Source of the DNA: Octopus vulgaris
Taxonomy: Eukaryota
Reading direction: 5' to 3'
Assembly (NCBI GenBank): GCA_951406725.2
Contig: OX597830.1
Location: 51,026,001-51,090,000, forward strand
DNA length: 64,000 nt
The position numbers and the translations under genes are program-made. Under the pieces are notes generated by a model that was not told where the DNA came from, searched no databases, and saw only the letters and a list, made by a program, of their open reading frames with translations. Below are positions 55,328 through 64,000 of the stretch, in pieces (positions within the stretch are counted from its first letter, which is position 1; each line of letters starts with the position of its first letter).

Positions 55328-56520
55328 GCAATCTTGGAAAGAGGAAAACTAGTTAAGAATAGCAACAGCACACTAGATAAAGCAAATGAAATAAGAGAAT
55401 TAGACCAAAGCCTGACATGCAAATAGTTAGGAATCAATGAACTAGATACGATACAACACACGCAAATGAAAGAGAAAATAAAAAAGAATACTATAGGCGA
55501 GTTAGATTAATACTGAAAACAGAGCTCAATGTGAAAACAAGATAATAGGTATCAACCCTCTAGCCGTTCCAGTTATAAGATACAGCTACAATATTTTTAA
55601 CTAGACTCTAAATGAACTAATCAAAATAGACAGGAAAACATGAAAAATAATGACAGGATTTAGGATGCACCACCTAAAATCTGACAGAGAAAGGTTATAT
55701 ATAAAACGTATAGATGGTGGTAGAGGCCTTATACAGCTAGAAAACTATTGCCAAGTAATAAGCATAGGACTAAAAAAATATCTAATTGAGAAGGAAGGAA
55801 AATTGATAGAAATAACCACAAAATACGAACAAAACAAAAAAAAAACTCTTTGCAGTCTTTAAGGAAGCTAACAAATACAGACAAGAAGTCATACTACCTA
55901 ACAACTATTAAGTAAAAAAAAGAGAAACCAAACAACAAAAGCTGTAAAATAACTGAATTTCAAACTAAAACTGGAACAGCAACGAATCATGATAAAACGA
56001 TGGCAAGAAAAGACCCTTCATGACAAATACTGGGTTAAACTAAACGCAAAAGAAATAAACAAAGCAAAATCTCAACAATGGCTGTGAAGACACAAGGCAT
56101 GAAATTTTGGGTATGGGTGGATAGTCGATTACATTGACCCCAGTATTCAGCTGGTATTTATTTCATTGACCCTAATGTTCAGCTGTTATTTATTTCGTTG
56201 GCCATAAAGGACGTTAGGCGAGTTTGACCTCGGCATGAAGACGGACGAAATTCCGCTAAAGATTCTGTCAGTTCGCCACCTTGTCAATCCTAGTAAGAAA
56301 TGCTATTTATATGATGAAAACGAAAACAAAGCATGCAGACAGGCCTTGGGATTTATATATATGCACAACATAGAGAAAACAGTAATACTAGGAAGTGTAC
56401 ATATAATACACAGTGTTTTAAATACAATGCAACTAACAGAACAAAAACAATACAAATCCTAAATATATGACCCACAGAGCTGCAGTCGACAGTAAATTGA
56501 AAGCATGCAATATCAATTAG
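55327..56520 (+). mobile_element. Second R4/Dong-type family, 5'-truncated and internally deleted, split by a SINE
   Basis: RRVRLILKTELN, IDRKT, MHHLKSDRERLYIKRIDGGRGLIQLE, WQEKTLHDKY, KSQQWL; after the SINE, NIEKTVILGSVHIIHSVL. Confidence 0.88.
56090..56281 (-). mobile_element. Old SINE C copy with a small internal duplication
   Basis: AGTCGATTACATTGACCCCAGT, duplicated TTCAGCTG(G/T)TATTTATTTC, and GATTCTGTCAGTTCGCCACCTT. Confidence 0.8.
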
Positions 56521-56879
56521 ACTACTGACTAATTATATTGAAATAACTATTTTATTAATTATATTATTAATAATAGAGAGGAAATAACAAAATGGCTGAT
56601 GCTAGAAATAATTTTAATAAGTTTGTCACGAATTGTCAATTATCATCTCTGTAGTTGTCGCTAGCTGTGAGGTATCAATAAATATATTTTGTAGACTACT
56701 TGATCAACGAGACGAAACTTCGGGGTAAAGTAAATACATTTGTTGTTAAATCGGCGGAAAATAATTGTGTATGCATGCGATGTACTATACGTGTGCATGT
56801 ATGTATATACATATAAGTATAGATATAATGTGCGTGTGTACAGACATACATGCATATGTATATACAAATAAATATGCAT

Positions 56880-57062
<183 letters not shown>

Positions 57063-57521
57063 TTGACGAGAAGGGTGACAGAGATATTTTTGAAAATATT
57101 CCACACAAATAACGAGATACAAAAAGAAACAATAAATATGAAAAATGGATAAATTTCTTTCCAATAAATTATTCCAATATATATTATTGCTATCAAATTG
57201 TTTCAAAATACATAATTACATATTCCCAAATACTTTTTTTACAAACCGGTTTCTCTTCCAGTGATCGGTAGTCATTGAAATATATGAATAATGTCTTGCT
57301 GTTAGTTAAGATAGACTTTTGTGCGTCAAGCGGAAATGATTTTGTTATAGATACACCAAATGACAAAGAATTTAAACGCTATGTATTTTAAATAACTTAA
57401 ATTTGATGTAAATATATTAGGTAATGCAGAAGTTAACTTAAAGTACTTTCCGTATCCAAAGGGGGCTAGACAGATATATTTTCACAAAGGTTGTAATCTA
57501 AATTAAAAATAGATATCAATT

Positions 57522-57560
<39 letters not shown>

Positions 57561-57579
57561 TGATTTAAATTTTCAATAA

Positions 57580-57905
57580 GAATATTTCTTTCTAAATTCT
57601 TAGTGACTTTATTGCATCTTCCGCCAAATTTGGCTGCCTAGTCTAAATGTTTGCACATCGATCTAAATGATTGCTGAGTGGAATTTTTTCCTGTACAGGT
57701 CGCGAATGTTTTTACTGGTGAACCTTCGTGGCCAATGTAATTTTCACCACATCCGCAGCGAGTTATCATATAATTGGATTTTCCAGGAAAGTATGCAATA
57801 TTATGCATTAAAATTTGGTCCTTATTTGAAACGATACTCTGAATCTTCGAATATATCAACACAAATTACACAATTTGTTCTTCCGCACATTTTTCCCGAA
57901 TTATA
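57580..57905 (-). pseudogene. Second, more decayed Penelope-like GIY-YIG fragment
   Basis: KMCGRTNCVICVDIFEDSEYRFK, then NYMITRCGCGENYIG (CxxxxCxxC linker plus IY...YIG). Confidence 0.7.
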
Positions 57906-58000
57906 AGGTGGCATATGGTGATAGTATTTCCTTAGAATAATGGTGCTAATTTTTGTGGTACAGGAGACAGAGGAATAATAACATAACAGAAGCAGCATCG

Positions 58001-58061
<61 letters not shown>

Positions 58062-58088
58062 CTGTAGTAGTAGTAGTAGTAGTAGTAA
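58001..58088. repeat. (TAG)n microsatellite
   Basis: Directly visible. Confidence 0.97.
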
Positions 58089-58469
58089 GGTGAAGAATAG
58101 GAGGAGTACAAAGCACGACATACAGTCTTATGCACAAGCGCACAAGTCCCGGCGTCTATCTAAATAACGCGCAGTAGTAATCTTCGTCGCACATTGTTAA
58201 GGGTTTACAATCGCTCGATTCTAAACATTTATTATAAATATAAATTCCTAATTAATTATGCCTCCCCTCTACGCCAAAGGAGGGAGTTGTTTTGCAAGTG
58301 TTTTCTCGTTAAGGGAGCTACCTGAATAAATTGTGAGTTTTCTATTTCTATTTTTTCTGGTAATTATATATTTATACAGAGGAAAAATAGAATTTTTTGC
58401 TTCTTTTGCATACACACACACACATACACAACACACATACATACATTCATACATACATGCAGACATTCA

Positions 58470-58500
<31 letters not shown>

Positions 58501-58769
58501 GTGATGTATACATATATATATTCATATGTATTTATGTACGTACTTATGTATGTATGCGCGGGGAGGTGGAAATACCTGGGTTGGTGTCCAGGCGTGAGGT
58601 TCACCCATTGAGAGTAGGAGGCTCCTCTGTTGTTGTCACAATTCTCTAGGGGAAGAAAACTGAGAAAAAACCTGCGACACAGACATTTGATTGTGTAGAC
58701 TACTTGTGCGTGTGTGTCTACATATTTATGTACAATCTCTCCCACAAAGTAACGTATTTTGACTTTAAG

Positions 58770-58797
58770 CTACTACTACTACTACTAATACTAATAC

Positions 58798-58871
<74 letters not shown>
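58770..58871. repeat. (CTA)n(TAG)n palindromic trinucleotide junction
   Basis: Centre CTAG at 58837-58840. Confidence 0.95.
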
Positions 58872-58872
<1 letters not shown>

Positions 58873-60919
58873 TAGAAAATTACGTTCCCGAAATGTCTCC
58901 CGTCTTTGAAAGCTTGCTTTCACTTCCCTTCCGTTTGCGGCCATTGTTAGTGTGTCAGTTGGTCAATGGATGGAGGAGGGAAGTAGAGGACTTTCTGGAC
59001 GCATTTCATATTTGAACGCCACCACGTTCAATACACGTAGTCGGATTATTGATAGGCAGAGAAACATTGAGAAAGTGCAGCATAGTTTATTCACGTTGAA
59101 ACTTTGATTAACAACTACTTAAGATAGATTCCGTCTTATCTTGACGCCGTGAAAGACTGTCAAGTCAAATGAAATCCAAGGGACATGATCAACAGTAAAC
59201 TACTCACATGGTCTGTGGAGAAGGAGATATTGATTGTGCGTTCAACAATGAAAATTCTTCACCATTATCCAATTATTCAGTGGAAGTCTATTTTAGGGAT
59301 GTTATCAAGAATTGGTGACTAATACCACCCACAGAGCTACAATGAAATATATATCTCTTCTTATATACACCTACTGAAACAGTTTTATATCTGTGCTTTT
59401 TTTCTTTTCGTTTCTTTTTCTTTCATTCTTTCTATTATTTCTGTCGTTTTATTCGTATCATGTAAGAACGTTTTTATATATACTTTCAATTCGTCTTTTA
59501 TTTACTGTTATTCTTTCATTCTTTCATTCATTCTTACTTTTATTTCCCTCTGGAGTGATTTTTCAATTGAAAAGCTGAAAGACATTTTTCAGTGCTATGG
59601 TTGAACAACAGGAATGTAATCAATCAATAGTATCATTGATTGACCGATAAATTGATTTTACAATTGTTTGACAGTCATATAAGTTAGAGTAATCTTATTT
59701 GAGAATATAATGTAGACTTAGCTGCTTTGTTCAAGAAATTTCAGAAAAGAGTGGAGCGGCGTGTGTTTGGGTGGCAATTTTATTCTTTTCTGTTTTTCGT
59801 ATATTCTTTGGCTTTATAAGATAATTAACTAAAAACCTACGACTGTGATATCACAACAGAAAAGCAGATTTTGCGATATTAAAGTGGAATAATCTTTGTA
59901 ATAACACTTCATCAAAACCACAAACAACTTCCTCCCACAATACAATACAAATCAACAAAGAAAACTATAGAGCGAAACACATAATACACAGATCCGCCAT
60001 TTTAGGGTGAGACTGTTTCATTACTTTGTTCCAGAGAAAGAAAATGTTAAGTTGAAAATTCCTTTTCGTTGAGTGATGGTTTTTGTTTTCAAAGAATATT
60101 TCTGTGTTTGACATTATCTTGTCAACATATCGTTTTATTTTTCTTCTGATTATCTTGTAAAATATTTAAGACAATCGATTTGATTAATAAATACCTCATT
60201 GGGGAACATAATAATTATTTCTCTACAATTATGTTCTAAAATGTGTTTTAAATTATACTTTAATAAAGATTTATTAAATTATATTCTTCATTTAGTCGTA
60301 ATAAATTTGATTTTATCACCTCTTTAGCATCGGTAATGGTGTGTGTGTGTGTTGAACAAATAAAAAAAAACAGACAATGACGGAAAAACAGTGTTATTCT
60401 TTATTGAAGACATTAAAAAACTTCTTCAAATTTTACTGTTCATAGACACATTGAAATCTACAGATAAACCAAATTGGCAATATATAATCGTTTGAAAGGT
60501 TATCATTTCAAACGCTAACCCTTAACAGAACGCGACATATTTAGCACTCATATGCCTGGTTCATCTTAGTGACAACAGTAGTAACGTTGTCAAATTGCCA
60601 GATGGTTTCTTTGTCTCCACTATGAAATGGATTCCTTTCTGTAGTTTGGTAACAAGACATCATTGTTCTGCTGTACACTACTTACATCTCTATATACCCA
60701 AGGTTACCAGTATACCATGAGACCAGCCACAAACTTTCGCTCACAAAGAGAAAATAAGAAGGGTAAGAATTACAGGCAGGTTACAAAATTGATTAAAGAT
60801 AAACTTGTCTCATCATTCCTAAAGGGAACAAATGTGCGAATACATATAATTCACTTCTAAGAATATATAGTATAAGTTCCAAAGCATATAGCCCTTATGC
60901 GTGCACAATATGACTTTTA

Positions 60920-60971
<52 letters not shown>

Positions 60972-61238
60972 GTATGTATAATTTGAGGGAATATCATTCC
61001 TAACTTACAGGGAAAAATTCAATTTAGAAATACTAAATCAAATTTCGCAAAATATAAGATATATATAAAAATTAGAAAAACACACCTTTTATTAATTCAA
61101 AATGAACAATTAAATTACACCATCTAGAAAATTACATATAATAGAAATATTATATATAAAATAACAATATTATACCGATGATTAAGTAATGTGCAAAATA
61201 ATAAATAAATCGTAAATATATATATGTATACATATATA

Positions 61239-61277
<39 letters not shown>

Positions 61278-61659
61278 AAGTATACATATATTTGTGCTGT
61301 GGTGTATCTATGTATTTGTATTGTATTTTGCTTGTTCGCCGGGTCACTGTCGCACAACGCTTTGGGGACCATTCCATCATAGCGTTATGTGTTAAAACAC
61401 CTGAAAGTCATAGACAGGTGAGAAAACTTGCCCCCCAATCAAATTCTGGAATGATGGATAACGATATTTCGACATTTTGGTGGCTTGTCAACATCACGTA
61501 TTTAATCGAACTGGTGATGGAAAGAATCGCCAGTCTATGAATATATACAAATAGTATGAAATCCATTTACTATCATATCAGAGCGATGCATATGTAAGAT
61601 GAATTCAATTAAAAATTAAAAGCAGAGCATAATATACATATTATGTAGTTGTTTGTTAT

Positions 61660-61739
61660 GGCCAGTCAGAAAGTTATCATTGATTTCACGTCTTTAATTT
61701 GCTCTTAACGACATAGGCGACTCATCAGATCTGCTGGCC
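61660..61739 (-). ncRNA. Candidate degenerate hammerhead motif
   Basis: GGCCAGCAGAT-CTGATGA-GTC...GAC-GT-GAAA-TCAATGA-TA-ACTTTCTGACTGGCC; stems I and II need bulges. Confidence 0.4.
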
Positions 61740-62140
61740 CGAGGCCACAAAACAGATTTATTAATGGATGTACATATATAATCTGGGTAGCAATGTTGTG
61801 AGAAAAAATAAAGCCTGAAACGAAATTCTTCGAAGCGAAAACTTCTGTGCTTTGAACGGTTCCTGATGAGTCCGAAAAGGGTAAATTTATGTACGATTTC
61901 CATTCAACCGTAACTGTAAAACGAGATAAAAACAAACGAAAGAACTGTTAGAACTATTAAAAGAAACAAGGAAAAAATTAGAGTTACCATATTGGCTGGA
62001 GCTTCAGTAACATTTAATACATATTGTACGTATGTAGTAACAATGTAAAAATAATGGGAAAAGCTCCACTATTTGGGATTGAAGAGAAACACAATTTTAT
62101 GTCTTATAAGAGATTCTATACACGATGATATATATATAAA

Positions 62141-62707
62141 TTGGGTTGTCCGGAAAGTTCGTGCCGATTTATAGCAGCTTTCCTTTCGACATATTTTAGA
62201 ACATGGTTGAGTCCATAAAATAGGATTTTACTACACATCCATTTAGAGCACAGTTTAAGCTATCTTTTCGTGAAAGAAGGTTTATGTTCCTATAACCTGT
62301 ATTAATTCTCTAACCCTTTAAAATGGATGATAAGAAAATCCATTTTCGGCACTTGGTGCTTTGGGAACAAGGCAAAAATTGCCGCAGCTCGGCTGGGATG
62401 TGTTACCCCACTTTCCATATTCACCAGATATTGCTCCTTCGGATTTCCACTTATTCAGGTCTGTGCAGAATAGTCTTAATAGTAAATATTTCAATTCCTT
62501 GGATTACGTAAAAAGATACCTTGATGAATTCTTTGCCATGAAACCACCTCAATTCTGGGAAGAGGGTATTTTCAAGTTAACGGAAATATGGAGACGCATT
62601 GTGCAACAAAATGGTTCATATTTGGTTGATTAAAAAAATGTAATGGCAAGTATTTATTGACATTTTCTCTCCTTTAAAAACCGGTACGAACTTTCCGGAC
62701 AACCCAA
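62141..62707 (+). mobile_element. Internally deleted mariner-like element
   Basis: TIRs TTGGGTTGTCCGGAAAGTTCGTGCCGATTT / AAACCGGTACGAACTTTCCGGACAACCCAA. MDDKKIHFRHLVLWE is fused out of frame to GTRQKL..GWDVLPHFPYSPDIAPSDFHLFRS...QNGSY. Confidence 0.95.
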
Positions 62708-62749
62708 TATATATACATATACCTACATACATACATACAAACATACATG

Positions 62750-62815
<66 letters not shown>

Positions 62816-62880
62816 TATATAAATATATATACATATATATATATATACATTTATATATATATATATAGAGAGAGAGAGAG
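62708..62880. repeat. (TA)n/(CATA)n/(GA)n microsatellite
   Basis: Directly visible. Confidence 0.96.
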
Positions 62881-63461
62881 GGGGAGAAAGACGGAGAGAG
62901 GGGGAAAGAAAGAGGAGGAGAGAAAGAGAGATGGTTGTTGCTTTCTCGTTGGTTGAATGTGATATTTCTTTTGTGTAATGACTGTATTCTTGCAATTATG
63001 GAGGGGAGTATTAATTAGTTTATGGACTGTTGATTAGTTGGTGGTGGACAGTTTCATTTTAATATTTGTTCATTTTAATTTACATGTACTTTGGGGGATT
63101 TTTTCGTGTATTTTTCGTATGTGAGTGCAAGGTGTTTGTAATTGAATGCTTCTTTGAATGTGTTTATTGGAAAAAGTAATTAAGGGCGTGTTTATTAGTT
63201 GTATCTCTGATGAATGGTGCTTTTCACGGAGGAATGACTAGGGAAGATGGAGTTGTTTCGTAAGAACATCTGTTCTTTATGGAAGGGCTAATAAATGAGC
63301 GTGTATGTCCATGTATGAGCGTTTGTGTTTGCTTGTGTGTGCGCGGGCGCAAGTATGTGTGTGTGTGCGTGCTCGCACGTGTTTGTGTGTGTACGAATAT
63401 GAGATATGGAAAAATATGTGTGTATGTGAGTGCATAGGGGGAGTAGGGATTTGTTTACCGA

Positions 63462-63560
63462 TCATGCATCAAGAACCCTGTGGAGGACTGTTGTAGATCC
63501 AAGCAATGATGTTTTTTGTATGTGTTCTATCTTTACATTTGAACCAGTCTTTTGAGCCAC
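63462..63560 (-). pseudogene. Extreme C-terminal fragment of an R4/Dong-type ORF
   Basis: KIEHIQKTSLLGSTTVLHRVLDA* parallels IQKTALLGAARILRRVLSL* at 55010-55071. Confidence 0.65.
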
Positions 63561-63594
63561 GCTGTTTGTTGAGTGTTGATACTTCCAAGCGCAA

Positions 63595-63972
63595 AAACAA
63601 GGACAGACAAAAGGATTAAGTCGATTACATCGAGCCCAGTGCATAACTGGTACTTAATTTATCGACCCCCCAAAGGATGAAAGGCAAAATCGACCTCGGC
63701 AGAATTTGAACTCAGAACGTAGCGGCAGACGAAATACATATTTCTTTACTACCCACAAGGGACTAAACACATAGGAGACAAACAAGGACAGACAAACGAA
63801 TTAAGTCGATTATATCGACCCCAGTGCGTAACTGGTACTTATTTTATCGACCCGGAAAGGCTGAAAGGCAAAGTCGACCTCGACGGAATTTGAACTCAGA
63901 ACGTAACGGCAGACGAAATACCACTAAGGATTTCGCCCAGCATGTTAACGTTTCTGCCAGCTCGCCGCCTTT
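63595..63972 (-). mobile_element. SINE family C partial tandem dimer
   Basis: Full unit 63972-63739 ending AAAGAAATA, followed directly by a second unit starting at GTATTTCGTCTGCC (63737-63595). Confidence 0.92.
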
Positions 63973-64000
63973 ATATTTTATGACCAATATCATCAACATC

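Noticed and set aside
60975-61140. AT-rich segment beside a TA tract, loosely resembling the ends of the ribozyme elements
   Set aside because: No hammerhead core, inverted partner or alignable second copy is visible.
61858-61900. CTGATGAGTCC on the plus strand, resembling a classic hammerhead start
   Set aside because: GAAA is absent after the putative stem II and stem I does not pair. It is not homologous to the neighbouring minus-strand candidate beyond 10 nt.

Overview
AT-rich, microsatellite-dense animal DNA with no recognisable host protein-coding exon. Most predicted ORFs are translations of simple repeats. The repeat landscape suggests a coleoid cephalopod, probably an octopus (inference). 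The window holds at least four tRNA-headed SINE families (working names A-D, several with clear TSDs and shuffled head/tail modules) and decayed Tc1, mariner and DD37D-type transposons. It also holds a non-autonomous Helitron, an RTE LINE remnant, R4/Dong-type RLE retrotransposon remnants around a (TAA)n tract, two Penelope GIY-YIG fragments, and an apparent ORF1-only (HAL1-like) retroposon. The most notable signal is a set of non-coding elements carrying minimal type I hammerhead ribozyme motifs. One is an intact-looking 466-nt tandem unit with two hammerheads (48.7-49.6 kb). At least two other, sequence-unrelated families occur as long inverted repeats whose arm consensus rebuilds a hammerhead (6.5-7.15 kb, 19.2-19.56 kb), each next to (TA)n tracts. 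This is consistent with retrozyme-like or non-autonomous Penelope-dependent elements. All calls are by eye, with no alignment, folding or database search, so boundaries are approximate unless a TSD or TIR is quoted.
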